Shown: in pieces, positions 1 to 9,941 of the stretch | Layout: the number at the start of each line of letters is the position of its first letter | Numbering within the stretch: the first letter of the stretch is position 1 | Origin: Acidobacteriota bacterium | GTDB taxonomy: Bacteria > Acidobacteriota > Vicinamibacteria > Vicinamibacterales > UBA2999 | NCBI GenBank assembly: GCA_013140955.1 | Contig: JABFRY010000367.1 | Span: 1 to 31,936, forward strand | Length of the DNA: 31,936 nt | Direction: 5' to 3' | Translations under genes and position numbers: made by a program | Notes under the pieces: model-generated | The model's database searches: none | What the model saw: the letters and a program-made list of their open reading frames with translations, nothing else | Told to the model about the DNA's origin: nothing

Positions 1-720
1 CTATTCGAGCGCCTGGACGTCAACCTGGCGCAGAAGGTGGTGGCCGACGAGACGATGCTGCCGGCGGTCCGCGAGCAGTACCGGCGCCTCGCGGCCATCC
101 TGCACGACGCGCAGAGCACGCGGAACCTTCAGGTCATCATGGTGGCGAGCGCCGTGGCCGGCGAGGGCAAGACCCTCACGGCCTCGAACCTTGCCCTCAC
201 CCTCAGCGAGTCGTACCAGAAGCGGGTCCTGCTGATCGATGCCGACCTCCGGCGGCCGGCCCTGCACCAGGTCTTCAAGATCGACACCTCGTCCGGCCTC
301 ACCGACGGCCTCGCGCCGGGAGGCTCGGCGAAGCTCGTCGTGCGTCAGGTGTCACCCAAGCTGGCGGTACTGCCTGCCGGGCGGCCCACCTCCGACCCCA
401 TGGCGGGCCTCATCTCCGAACGCATGCAGCGCCTCATCGAGGAGGCGCGCGAGGGCTTCGACTGGGTGATCGTGGACACGCCGCCGCTCCTCCTCCTGCC
501 GGATGCCCACCTGCTGGCCTCGATGGTGGATGGCGCGATCATCGTGGTCCGCGCGGAGTCCACGCCGCACGACATGGTGAAGCGGGCGACCGACGCCATC
601 GGCAAGAGCCGTATCCTCGGCGTGGTCCTCAACCAGACGAGCAGCGGCAAGCAGGGTACGTACAACGAGTACCACGAGTATTACTACAGCGCGAAGCCGC
701 GCACTCGGAACAGCCCCTGA
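1..720 (+). CDS. CpsD/CapB-family (BY-kinase) tyrosine autokinase of the EPS locus, probably 5'-truncated at the window edge
   Basis: Walker A (AVAGEGKT), A' (VLLIDADLRRP), Walker B (WVIVDTPP) and a C-terminal Tyr cluster (TYNEYHEYYYS). Frame 1 is open from base 1 (LFERLDVNLAQKVVADE...). Confidence 0.92.
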   Translation, partial: LFERLDVNLAQKVVADETMLPAVREQYRRLAAILHDAQSTRNLQVIMVASAVAGEGKTLTASNLALTLSESYQKRVLLIDADLRRPALHQVFKIDTSSGLTDGLAPGGSAKLVVRQVSPKLAVLPAGRPTSDPMAGLISERMQRLIEEAREGFDWVIVDTPPLLLLPDAHLLASMVDGAIIVVRAESTPHDMVKRATDAIGKSRILGVVLNQTSSGKQGTYNEYHEYYYSAKPRTRNSP

Positions 721-2117
721 TGCTTGTCCTCATCAGCGGACTCACCGTGCGCTCGGTCACGCTCATCGCGTTCGAGGCGGTGCTGATCGTGTCGGCGGTG
801 GCTCTGGCAGCCTGGGCACGACTGGGAGCGCGGGCCTGGGAGCTCGTCGCGGACGAGAACCTGGTGTGGAAGGCGCTACTGATGGCCGGCGTCACCCAGA
901 CGTGCCTGTACTTCGCGGACCTGTACAACCTCCGCGTCGTGTCGGACCGCCGCGAACTGTTCACCCGTATTACGCACGCGCTCGCGTCAGCGTCGTTCAT
1001 TCTTGCTGCGATCTACTTCTGGTTTCCCGCCCTCATCGTCGGCCGGGGGGTCTTCCTGATTGCGGCGCTCCTTGTCATGACGCTGGTCGTCGCCTGGCGC
1101 ATCGCCTTCGAATGGGGCAGCCGGAACGCACGGCCGCACGAGCGGCTGCTGATGGTGGGGACGAGCGCCGCCGCGGTGGACCTGGCGCGCGAGATGTTCG
1201 AGCGCCGGCACGACCTCGGCGTGGAGATCGTGGGTTTCGTCGATCCCGACCCGTCCAAGGTCGGAACGCCCGTGCTCAACCCCGGCGTCGTGGGATCCAT
1301 CGAGGACATTCCGAGCATCGTGCGGAGCCGAGGCGTGGACCGCGTGGTGGTGAGCCTGGGCGATGCGCGAGGCAAGCTGCCGATGGAGAAGCTCCTCGAC
1401 ATGCGCCTGCTCGACGGCGTGCGCTTCGACCACCTCGCCGACGTGTACGAGGAGTACACGGGCAAGATCGCGGTCGAGAACCTGCGCCCGAGCTGGCTCA
1501 TCTTCTCCCCTGGGTTCAACAAGAGCCGTCTCCTGTCTGCGTCGAAGCGCCTGCTCGACATCCTCGTCGCCGGCATCGGCATGCTGCTCGCCGCGCCGCT
1601 GGTGGCGCTCGTGGCGCTGGCCGTCCGCCTGACCTCGCCAGGTCCCGTGCTGTACCACCAACAGCGCGTGGGCCTGCACGGCCGCGTGTTCACCGTCCAC
1701 AAGTTCCGCTCCATGCGTCAGGACGCGGAAGCGAAGACGGGACCGGTCTGGGCGTCGAAGGCCGGCGACCCACGCGTGACACCGGTGGGAGCCTTCCTCC
1801 GGCGTTCGCGCCTGGACGAAGTGCCGCAGCTCTGGAACGTGCTCAAGGGCGACATGAGCTTCGTGGGACCGAGGCCGGAACGGCCAGAGTTCGTGAAGGA
1901 ACTGACGACGCAGATCCCCTTCTACGGCCAGCGGCACATCGTCCGGCCGGGACTCACCGGCTGGGCCCAGGTCCGCTATACCTACGGCGCGACCACCGAG
2001 GACGCGCTCCAGAAGCTGCAGTTCGACCTGTTCTATATCAAGAACCTGTCCATCGCGCTCGATCTCTTTATCATCTTCGCGACGGTCAAGACCGTAGTCC
2101 TGCGGAAGGGGGCCTGA
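720..2117 (+). CDS. Priming polyprenyl-phosphate sugar-1-phosphate transferase (PEP-CTERM/XrtA-locus type)
   Basis: N-terminal TM helices, a central CoA-binding-like domain and a C-terminal bacterial sugar transferase domain ([57 protein letters not shown]). TGATG coupling to the kinase gene. Confidence 0.95.
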   Translation: MLVLISGLTVRSVTLIAFEAVLIVSAVALAAWARLGARAWELVADENLVWKALLMAGVTQTCLYFADLYNLRVVSDRRELFTRITHALASASFILAAIYFWFPALIVGRGVFLIAALLVMTLVVAWRIAFEWGSRNARPHERLLMVGTSAAAVDLAREMFERRHDLGVEIVGFVDPDPSKVGTPVLNPGVVGSIEDIPSIVRSRGVDRVVVSLGDARGKLPMEKLLDMRLLDGVRFDHLADVYEEYTGKIAVENLRPSWLIFSPGFNKSRLLSASKRLLDILVAGIGMLLAAPLVALVALAVRLTSPGPVLYHQQRVGLHGRVFTVHKFRSMRQDAEAKTGPVWASKAGDPRVTPVGAFLRRSRLDEVPQLWNVLKGDMSFVGPRPERPEFVKELTTQIPFYGQRHIVRPGLTGWAQVRYTYGATTEDALQKLQFDLFYIKNLSIALDLFIIFATVKTVVLRKGA

Positions 2118-2118
2118 C

Positions 2119-3021
2119 GTGGCCCCCGCGCAGTCCGGCCGCGTAATCAACGCGATGAGCGTGGACGTGGAAGACTACTTCCAGGTGAGCGCGTTCGAGC
2201 GCACGGTGTCACGTGATGCCTGGGATTCGTTCGAACGGCGTGTGGACACGAATACGCGCCGCTTGCTCGACATCTTCGACGAATACGCGGTGCGCAGCAC
2301 GTTCTTCACGCTGGGCTGGGTGGGCGAACGGCACCCCGCGCTCGTGCGCGAGATCGTGGCCCGGGGGCACGAACTGGCCTCGCACGGCTACGCGCATCGC
2401 CTCGTGTACGACCAGACGCCCGAGGCGTTCCGCGACGACGTCCGACGCGCGAAGCACGTGCTCGAAGACGCCGGCGCCGTCGAGGTCGTGGGATACCGCG
2501 CCCCGAGCTTCTCGATCACGGATCGTTCCCTCTGGGCACTGGACGTGCTCGCCGAGGAGGGCTACCGCTACGACGCCAGCATCTTTCCGGTGCGCCACGA
2601 CCGGTACGGCATCCCCGATGCACCACGGCACCCGCACCTGCTCCACCGGACGGCGGCCACGCTGCTCGAGGTGCCGGGGTCCACGGTGCGCCTGGGCTCG
2701 ACCAACATCCCGGTCGCCGGAGGCGGCTACTTCCGGATCCTGCCGTATGCCTGGACGCGCTGGGGCATCGCCAGGCTGAATCGCACCGAGGAGATGCCCG
2801 CCGTGTTCTACCTGCATCCGTGGGAAATCGATCCAGAGCAGCCGCGGCTTCCGGCTGGATGGCTCAGTCGATTTCGCCACTACCGGAACCTGGACGTGAC
2901 CGAGCGTCGGCTCCGGGCGCTGCTGACCGACTTCAGCTTCGCTCCGGTCGCCACAGTGCTCGGCAGCCGCATCCCCGAACCCGCCCGGCAGCAGGTACCT
3001 GCGGGCGTCCCCCTGCACTGA
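2119..3021 (+). CDS. CE4 polysaccharide deacetylase, PEP-CTERM/XrtA-locus subfamily
   Basis: NAMSVDVEDYFQV, ELASHGYAH, GYRAPSFS, PVAGGGYFR and FYLHPWEIDPEQPR motifs typical of this subfamily. Confidence 0.92.
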   Translation: MAPAQSGRVINAMSVDVEDYFQVSAFERTVSRDAWDSFERRVDTNTRRLLDIFDEYAVRSTFFTLGWVGERHPALVREIVARGHELASHGYAHRLVYDQTPEAFRDDVRRAKHVLEDAGAVEVVGYRAPSFSITDRSLWALDVLAEEGYRYDASIFPVRHDRYGIPDAPRHPHLLHRTAATLLEVPGSTVRLGSTNIPVAGGGYFRILPYAWTRWGIARLNRTEEMPAVFYLHPWEIDPEQPRLPAGWLSRFRHYRNLDVTERRLRALLTDFSFAPVATVLGSRIPEPARQQVPAGVPLH

Positions 3022-3042
3022 CGACGTGGGGCACGGAGTCGC

Positions 3043-4116
3043 ATGAGCGTGACAGCCGAACTGGCCAGGCCGGAGACCGCATCGCCGCGAGCGCTCGAGG
3101 TGCGCCTCGACACGCCGGCCGATGCCTGCGACGCGTACGTACGTGCGCATGCGGATGGCCGGACCTACCATCGCCGCGGGTGGACCGATCTGATTGGGAG
3201 GGCCTTCGGTCACGACACACGCTATCTGACGGCGCGCTCCGGGGAGCAGGTGGTCGGCGTACTGCCCCTGGTGGTGTTCCGCAGCCCGCTCTTCGGGCGC
3301 TTCGCGGTGTCCCTGCCGTTCGTGAACTACGGCGGGGTGCTGGCCGATGATGCGGCGACCGCGCAGGTCCTGCTCGATGCCGCCATCGCGCAGACCAGAA
3401 GCGCCGGCGGCAGCCACCTGGAACTGCGTCACACGACGCGTCGTTTCGAGGCCTTGCAGCCCAAGCAGCACAAGGTTGCGATGCTGCTGCCGCTGGCCGA
3501 CACCGTGGACGCGCAGTGGCAGGCCCTCGACCGGAAGCTCCGCAACCAGGTGCGCAAGGGAGAGAAGAGCGACCTCGAGATCCATGTGGGTGGGCTCGAA
3601 CTGCTGCCGGTCTTCTACGCGGTGTTCGCACGGAACATGCGGGATCTGGGCACGCCCGTCTACGGCGAGGGCTTCTTCCGGGAAGTGCTGTCCACGTTCC
3701 CCGACGAGACGCGGATCCTGGCGATCACCCACAAGGGCCAGCCGGCGGCCGCGTCACTCGTGCACTGGTACCGGGGCACGATCGAGGTGCCGTGGGCCTC
3801 GGCCATCCGCGAGTACAACGCCCTGTCGGCCAACGTGCTGCTCTACTGGCACATGCTCAAGTTCTCGGTGGAACGGGGCCTGGCCACGTTCGACTTCGGC
3901 CGTTCGACGCCTGGCGAGGGCACGTTCCTGTTCAAGAAGCAGTGGGGCGCCGAACCGAGCGCGCTGGTCTGGGAATACTGGATGGCGGACGGGCGGACGA
4001 TGCCCGACATGAGCCCCAAGAACGCGAAGTTTTCGCTGGCCATCGACATCTGGCAGCGCCTGCCACTGGCCGTGGCCAACGCGCTGGGCCCGCACATCGT
4101 GAGGAACATCCCTTAG
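3043..4116 (+). CDS. FemAB-related (GNAT-fold) protein, PEP-CTERM/XrtA-locus associated
   Basis: GVLPLV..RSPLFG..AVSLPFVNYGG, LRNQVRKG, FY..FARNMRDLGTPV, FDFGRS..G.G...FKKQWGA, and the C-terminal WQRLPL..AN.LGP.IVRNIP. Confidence 0.9.
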   Translation: MSVTAELARPETASPRALEVRLDTPADACDAYVRAHADGRTYHRRGWTDLIGRAFGHDTRYLTARSGEQVVGVLPLVVFRSPLFGRFAVSLPFVNYGGVLADDAATAQVLLDAAIAQTRSAGGSHLELRHTTRRFEALQPKQHKVAMLLPLADTVDAQWQALDRKLRNQVRKGEKSDLEIHVGGLELLPVFYAVFARNMRDLGTPVYGEGFFREVLSTFPDETRILAITHKGQPAAASLVHWYRGTIEVPWASAIREYNALSANVLLYWHMLKFSVERGLATFDFGRSTPGEGTFLFKKQWGAEPSALVWEYWMADGRTMPDMSPKNAKFSLAIDIWQRLPLAVANALGPHIVRNIP

Positions 4117-4118
4117 GC

Positions 4119-6527
4119 ATGCTCGCGCTCCTGCTCGTCTCGCTCGGCGTCCTCTGGTACATCGTCGCGGGCTACCCGCTGGCGCTGCGCCTGCTCGTGT
4201 GGCTGCGTGGCCCGCGGCTCGTCCGCCGGGCCGACATCCGGCCTCGCGTGTCGCTGCTGATCTCGGCCTACAACGAGGCCGCCGTCATCCGCCAGAAGAT
4301 CGAGAACGCTCTCGCACTCGACTACCCAGCCGGCCTGCTGGACGTGGTCGTGGTCTCCGACGAGTCCGACGACGGGACCGACGACATCGTGCGCGAGTTC
4401 GCAGGCCGTGGCGTGGCCCTCGCGCGCCAGGTGCCCAGGCGTGGCAAGACGGCCGGCCTCAACCGCACCGTTCCGGGGCTCACGGGTGAGATCGTCGTGT
4501 TCTCGGATGCGAACGCGATGTACGAGCCGGATGCCCTGCTGAAGCTGGTGCGCAACTTCGCGGACCCCTCGGTAGGCTACGTCACGGGGGAGGCACGCTA
4601 CCTCGACACGGGCATGGCGGCGGCCGACGTGGGCGAACGCGCGTACTGGAGCTACGAGATGCAGGTGAAGCGTCTCGAGACGGCCGTGGGCTCGATGGTC
4701 GGGGGCGACGGCGCCATCTACGCGATCCGCCGTGAGCTGTGGCGCGAGCTGCCCGAGAACGCGATCAACGACTTCCTCAATCCTCTGCAGATCGTGGAGG
4801 CCGGGTGGCGCGGCGTCTACGAACCCGAAGCGGTGGCCTGGGAGGAAACGGCCGGCGCGACCGGCAGCGAGTACCGGCGGCGCGTGCGTATCGTGAGCCG
4901 CAGCTGGCGGGCCGTGTTCCTCGCGCCTGGCGTGCTCAATCCGTTCCGGGTGGGCCTCTTCACGTGGTGCCTGCTCTCCCACAAGGTGCTGCGCTGGTTC
5001 ATCGGCCTGTTCGCAGCGGGCGCGCTGGTGGGCGGGGGCGGCCTGTACATCCGGGCCGTAACGAGCTGGCCGCTGCCGGTGCTCGGCGCCACGGCGGCGG
5101 GCGCGCTCGGGCTGCTCACCCTGCGGGGGCGGCAGATCCTCTCCATGGCGGGCTACTTCCTGGCGCTGAACGTGGCCTCGACCAAGGGCCTGCTGATGGG
5201 CAGCCTCGGACAGGTGTCCGGCGTCTGGTCCACGCCCAGGGCGGCGGCGCCATCCCAGCCGGCCGTACGCGGGGGCGCGATCATCCCGGTAGGCACCCTG
5301 TTTCTCGTATCGGCGGGCCTGGTGATGGCGGCAGGCCTGGTCTCGCTGGTCCGAATCGACCGGCCGGCGTTCGTGCTCTTCTGGGTTTCCGTGGGGGTGC
5401 TCGGCTACATCTACGCCGGCTATCCCCTGCTCATTGGCGCGCTCAACCTGCTGGCCAGACGCCCGGTGCAGGCCGCAGCGTTCGAACCCGCGGTGTGCCT
5501 GTTCATTGCGGCCAACGACGAAGAAGCCGTGATGGAGTCGAAGCTTCGCAATGCGCTGCGGCTCGACTATCCGCCCGACCGGCTCGAGATCGTGGTGGCC
5601 TCCGACGGCTCGGTGGACCGGACCAACGAGATCGTGCGCGGCTTCGGCCCGCGGGTGCGGCTCATCGAGTTCTCGCCGCGCCGAGGCAAGATTGCCACGA
5701 TCAACGACGGCCTGCGCCAGGTCGCGAGTGACGTGATCATCTTCTCGGACGCGAACACCTTCCTGCAGGCCGACGCGGTGCGCGCCCTCGTGCGGAACTT
5801 CGCGGACGAGCGGGTGGGCGGCGTGAGCGGCGACGTGGTGCTGGTGGGCGAGCGCGCGTCGCTGGCCAAGTCCGAGGACCTCTACTACCGCTACGAGCGC
5901 TGGCTCCAGCGGGTCGAATCGGAGATCGGTTCCATGATCGGCGCCGACGGTGCCCTCTACGCCATCAGGCGAGAGCTCTTTGCCCCGCCGGCCCCGGACA
6001 CGATCCTCGACGACATGGCCATTCCGATGGCCGTGCTCAGGGCCGGTCGCCGGATGGTCTTCGAGCCCGATGCCCGGGCGTGGGAGCAGGGCTCCGAGAG
6101 CGCCATGCAGGAGTTCGCCCGCAAGTCGCGCGTGATCGCCGGCGGCATGCAGTTCCTCCGGCGCAGGGACAGCTCGGTGCCGCTCGCCATGCCGCAGGTG
6201 ATCCTGTCGCTGGTGTCGCACAAGGCGCTGCGGTGGCTGTCGCCGCTGTTTGCCACCTCCGCGCTCCTCTCGTCGCTCACCCTTTCCGGCGTCTGGCCCG
6301 GCTACGCGGCTGCGGCCTGGGCGCAGGCCACGCTGCTCGGCCTGGGGCTGGCCGGCTGCGTCCCGGCGCTTCGCCGATCGAGCACCATTGCCATCGCGCA
6401 CTACTTCTGTCTCATCCAGACGGCGGCCGCCACGGGCCTCATCTGGGGCCTGAGCGGCCGGCAGTCCGTCTTGTGGCGTCGCTTCGTCCGCGTGCCCGCC
6501 GACGCGCCCTTCCGGGTGATTCCATGA
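4119..6527 (+). CDS. Membrane glycosyltransferase with two complete GT2 units fused head-to-tail (802 aa)
   Basis: The ATG at 4119 follows the femAB-like stop and is in frame with the 3516 ORF. Unit 1: ISAYNE, SDESDDGT, FSDAN, GGDGAIYAIRR, EYRRRVRI. Unit 2: IAANDE, SDGSVDRT, FSDAN, GADGALYAIRR, EFARKSRV. Confidence 0.9.
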   Translation: MLALLLVSLGVLWYIVAGYPLALRLLVWLRGPRLVRRADIRPRVSLLISAYNEAAVIRQKIENALALDYPAGLLDVVVVSDESDDGTDDIVREFAGRGVALARQVPRRGKTAGLNRTVPGLTGEIVVFSDANAMYEPDALLKLVRNFADPSVGYVTGEARYLDTGMAAADVGERAYWSYEMQVKRLETAVGSMVGGDGAIYAIRRELWRELPENAINDFLNPLQIVEAGWRGVYEPEAVAWEETAGATGSEYRRRVRIVSRSWRAVFLAPGVLNPFRVGLFTWCLLSHKVLRWFIGLFAAGALVGGGGLYIRAVTSWPLPVLGATAAGALGLLTLRGRQILSMAGYFLALNVASTKGLLMGSLGQVSGVWSTPRAAAPSQPAVRGGAIIPVGTLFLVSAGLVMAAGLVSLVRIDRPAFVLFWVSVGVLGYIYAGYPLLIGALNLLARRPVQAAAFEPAVCLFIAANDEEAVMESKLRNALRLDYPPDRLEIVVASDGSVDRTNEIVRGFGPRVRLIEFSPRRGKIATINDGLRQVASDVIIFSDANTFLQADAVRALVRNFADERVGGVSGDVVLVGERASLAKSEDLYYRYERWLQRVESEIGSMIGADGALYAIRRELFAPPAPDTILDDMAIPMAVLRAGRRMVFEPDARAWEQGSESAMQEFARKSRVIAGGMQFLRRRDSSVPLAMPQVILSLVSHKALRWLSPLFATSALLSSLTLSGVWPGYAAAAWAQATLLGLGLAGCVPALRRSSTIAIAHYFCLIQTAAATGLIWGLSGRQSVLWRRFVRVPADAPFRVIP

Positions 6528-7555
6528 GCCTGCGCTCGCAGGCGGCGCCGGCCGCCAAGACCGCGCTGCTCCGCCTGGGTGGATACGCCGCCTGCCGGAC
6601 GCTCTTTCCGAGCCGGAAGATCGCCATTCTCCGCTACCACGCGGTGTGCGATCCCTGGGGCAACCCCTACGCGCATCCCGGCATCTGCGTGTCGCCGGCG
6701 GCGTTCGAATCGCACGTGCGCTACCTCGCCGGGCACTACGCCGTGCTGCCCCTGCCGGAGATCGTGGACCGCGTGCGCGGCGGCCGGCCCCTGCCCGCCA
6801 ACACCGTAGCCATCACCTTCGATGATGGCTACGCCGACAATCTCGACGCCGCCCGCACGTTGCACCGCCACGGCCTGAGCGCGACGTTCTACATCACCGC
6901 CGGCTGCCTGGCAGGCGGGCAGCCCTTCTGGCCCGCCGAGATCCGGACGCTGCTGCGCGCGGTCCCCGGCCCCGTGCTGACGCTCTCCACGGGCGGCACA
7001 CCAGTGCGCATTCCGCTGGGCACGCCCGAGGAGCGCCGCACGGCCGTCCGTACGGTGACGAAGCTGCTGAAGGGCAACCCCATCCCCGTGCGCGAGGCGC
7101 TCCGGGATCAGCTGCGCGAGGCGGCCGGTGACGTGCAGGAACCCGAGTACATGCTGCGGTGGGACGAGCTGGCCGAGATGCACGCGCTCGGCATGACGAT
7201 CGGATCGCACACGCTCACCCACCCCAACCTGCCGAACGCGGGCGTCGAGGCCGCGAGGCAGGAACTCACGGAATCGAAGGCACGCCTCGAACGGGAGCTC
7301 GGCGCGCCGGTGACGATGTTCTCGTATCCCAACGGCGGGGCCGACCGGTACATGACACCGGCGATCGCGCAGGTGGTCCGCGACACCGGCTACGCGGCGG
7401 CCACCACCTCGCGCAACGCCTTCGCCACGCCTGCCAGCGACCTCTACGCGCTGGAGCGGGTGCAGGTGCAGGAGAGGCTCGAAGACCTGATCTTCGCGCT
7501 TGAGATCGAGCGCTTCCTGCTCAAGCCGATGGCGCGTCCCGGAGAAGTGGAGTGA
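6524..7555 (+). CDS. CE4/NodB polysaccharide deacetylase (IcaB/PgaB-like)
   Basis: ATGA overlap with the GT2 stop. ILRYHAV, ITFDDGYADN, IGSHTLTH and FSYPNG motifs. Confidence 0.9.
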   Translation: MSLRSQAAPAAKTALLRLGGYAACRTLFPSRKIAILRYHAVCDPWGNPYAHPGICVSPAAFESHVRYLAGHYAVLPLPEIVDRVRGGRPLPANTVAITFDDGYADNLDAARTLHRHGLSATFYITAGCLAGGQPFWPAEIRTLLRAVPGPVLTLSTGGTPVRIPLGTPEERRTAVRTVTKLLKGNPIPVREALRDQLREAAGDVQEPEYMLRWDELAEMHALGMTIGSHTLTHPNLPNAGVEAARQELTESKARLERELGAPVTMFSYPNGGADRYMTPAIAQVVRDTGYAAATTSRNAFATPASDLYALERVQVQERLEDLIFALEIERFLLKPMARPGEVE

Positions 7556-7561
7556 GACATC

Positions 7562-8482
7562 GTGGCTGAGAAACTCCGTGTGGTGTTCGTGGCGGGCTCC
7601 GGGCATACGGGCTCGACACTGCTGGCCATGCTGGTCGACACCCACCCGCAGATCGTGAGCGTCGGTGAGACTTCGATCAAGCCCAAGATCCGCCGTCGTG
7701 GTGACGGCGACAAGCAGCCGTGCTCGTGCGGACGCTTGATCAAGGACTGCTCGTTCTGGCAGGGCGTCTTCGAGAACGTTCGACGCCAGGGTTTCGACTT
7801 CAGTGAGCACAACTGGGCGAACGACTATCGCCTGGAACATCCACGGCTCAATCGTCTTCTCGGCCACCATTCGTCGCGACGGCCGGTTCGGCTGTTCCAG
7901 GAGTGGGCGGCACACAACCTGCCAGTGTTCAAGGAACGAACAACGCGCGTGGGGCGCGTGAACGTCGCGTTCGTCAGAGCCTTGCTGGAAGTGTCCGGCG
8001 CTCGTGTATTCTTCGACACCACCAAGCACACCCTTCGTCTCTCCAGGCTGCTGGAACTTCCGGAGCTCGATGTCAAGGTCGTGACACTCGTGCGGGACGT
8101 CCGCGGCTACGCCGCGTCAGCGAAACGGAGGGGCCTTTCGATCGTGGACGCCAGCCATACGTGGCGAAAGGACCAGGAAGTGATCGCGTCCATTACCGAT
8201 TCGCTTCCCAGCGAACGCCGCATGACCCTCCGATATGAAGACCTGTGTCTTGACCCCGCGCAGGCACTATCGCGAGTGTACGAGTTCTGCGAAGTGGATG
8301 CAGTCCTTCCGGTTTCGTCTGTGAATTCGGTGGACCATCACGTCATAGGAAACAGCATGCGCTTCGGAGGCTCCATCAGGGTCAGGCTGGATGAGAGTTG
8401 GCGTTCGCGACTCGAAGATGAGGAGCAGCAGCGTATTCTCCAGATCGCAGGGCGCGCAAACGCCGAGTTCGGATACGCGTAA
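7562..8482 (+). CDS. PAPS-dependent sulfotransferase
   Basis: 5'-PSB loop AGSGHTGSTLL, CSCG..CSFW, FFDTTK, 3'-PB motif LVRDVRGYAAS, LRYEDLC, and HHVIGNSMR. Confidence 0.85.
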   Translation: MAEKLRVVFVAGSGHTGSTLLAMLVDTHPQIVSVGETSIKPKIRRRGDGDKQPCSCGRLIKDCSFWQGVFENVRRQGFDFSEHNWANDYRLEHPRLNRLLGHHSSRRPVRLFQEWAAHNLPVFKERTTRVGRVNVAFVRALLEVSGARVFFDTTKHTLRLSRLLELPELDVKVVTLVRDVRGYAASAKRRGLSIVDASHTWRKDQEVIASITDSLPSERRMTLRYEDLCLDPAQALSRVYEFCEVDAVLPVSSVNSVDHHVIGNSMRFGGSIRVRLDESWRSRLEDEEQQRILQIAGRANAEFGYA

Positions 8483-8516
8483 TGGCAACTGCGTCAGGGC
8501 CAGGGGAGTGTCCAGC

Positions 8517-9941
8517 ATGAAGGCACCACATGCCCTCGTGGTCGCGTACGACTTTCCTCCGCACGCGGCGATCGGGACGATGCGGACGCTTCGCGTCGTG
8601 CGCCAACTGAGCACCGAAGGCTGGCGGGTAACGGTGATTACCAGCGAGCCGTCTTCCTACCGGCCAGGAACCGCGGTCGACGAGGCACTCCTCGCGCAGG
8701 TGCCGGCCGGCGTTCGCATCGTGCGTGCCGGCACGTTCAGGGGCTTCGAGAGCCTGAAGTCCTGGGCCAAGAGCATGAGGACACGAAGGCCTACGCCGCC
8801 ACATCCGGGTGTGTCACACGGCCGAGGCATCGCCGGACGGAAGCGCTCCAGCTTAGCGAAGCTTGTTGACGCTGTCGACGGGGTGCTTGCGATTCCTGAC
8901 CAGGAGTCCGGGTGGCTACTACCGGCCGTCCGCGCCGCGATGCAAGCAACCGCAACAGATCAACCAGATGTGCTGTTCTCGTCTGCGCCACCCTGGACAG
9001 GACAACTCGTCGCCTTGGTGCTCTCGCACCGGCTTGGATGCCCATGGGTCGCGGACTTCCGTGACCCATGGGCGCGGGCTCCGTGGCGAGACGATCGCTC
9101 ACGCTTGGCACGGTGGGGCGCTTCGCTGCTCGAGCGCCAGGTCGTGCGCACCGCCGATCGCGTGGTATTCGTCGCGCAGGGCAACCGGGAGGACTTCGAA
9201 CGGCACTACCCGGCGACGTTCCGCCGTAAGTTCGTTACGGTGTCGAACGGATGTGACCCGGCAGAGTTCGAAGGCCTCAACGCAGGCGCCGCCAGCGTAG
9301 ATCCCTTCGTGCTGCTGCACGCTGGCTCACTGTACGCCGGCCGGACTCCATTGCCGCTGTTCAGAGCCCTGGCGCGAGCAATCAGCGCCGGCCTCATCGA
9401 TCCGTCCCGGTTCAGACTGCGCTTCCTCGGCGCGCAGGGCATGCACTCGGTGGATCTTCCGGGGGCTGTTCGTGAACTCGGTCTCGAGCGGGTGGTGGAG
9501 TTCGCCTCCCGCGTACCGAGGCGCCAGGGACTGCAGGCAATGGCGCAGGCGTCCGGGCTCCTGTTGCTGCAGCCTGGTCACACGGCCTCCGTCCCAGGCA
9601 AGCTGTACGAGTACATGGCTCTCGGCCGCCCGATCTTTGCCGTGGCTGAAGAGGGCGAGACTGCTGAACTGGTTCGGAAGGCCGGACACGGCGTGTCGGT
9701 CATCCCGGACGACGAGGATGCGATCTCGGAGGCACTGGTGGCGTTCCTTCGATACCCCCAAGGCCTTGTCAAGAAGCCGGATCCCGGCCTGTTCGACGGA
9801 ATGCTCCGCGCTCGCGAATTGGTCCAATTGTTGGGAACGATCGTGCAGACTCCTCGCGACAGGATGTCGTCTGCGCCAGCAACCGCGTCCGTCGAGTCCG
9901 AGTCAACGACCGGCACCATGGAGGGAACGCACACGCCATGA
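8517..9941 (+). CDS. GT4-family glycosyltransferase
   Basis: ATG at 8517 preceded by GGGGAG. AYDFPP..IGTMRT, SSAPPW, WVADFRDPW, NGCDPAEF, LLHAGSLY and PGKLYEYMALGRPI. Confidence 0.88.
   Translation: MKAPHALVVAYDFPPHAAIGTMRTLRVVRQLSTEGWRVTVITSEPSSYRPGTAVDEALLAQVPAGVRIVRAGTFRGFESLKSWAKSMRTRRPTPPHPGVSHGRGIAGRKRSSLAKLVDAVDGVLAIPDQESGWLLPAVRAAMQATATDQPDVLFSSAPPWTGQLVALVLSHRLGCPWVADFRDPWARAPWRDDRSRLARWGASLLERQVVRTADRVVFVAQGNREDFERHYPATFRRKFVTVSNGCDPAEFEGLNAGAASVDPFVLLHAGSLYAGRTPLPLFRALARAISAGLIDPSRFRLRFLGAQGMHSVDLPGAVRELGLERVVEFASRVPRRQGLQAMAQASGLLLLQPGHTASVPGKLYEYMALGRPIFAVAEEGETAELVRKAGHGVSVIPDDEDAISEALVAFLRYPQGLVKKPDPGLFDGMLRARELVQLLGTIVQTPRDRMSSAPATASVESESTTGTMEGTHTP

Noticed and set aside
3516-4118. 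5' extension making a 1003-aa GT2 ORF (likewise the extensions from 6080, 8391, 12377, 14365, 18461 and 30676)
   Set aside because: They overlap real upstream genes in another frame and have low-complexity Arg/Gly/Pro translations. The downstream starts have RBS or stop-start coupling.
4113-6401. Long antisense ORFs (also 6401-8029, 12344-14773, 16812-18773, 20110-21675, 2209-3732)
   Set aside because: These are shadow ORFs expected opposite high-GC3 genes, with no recognisable motifs.
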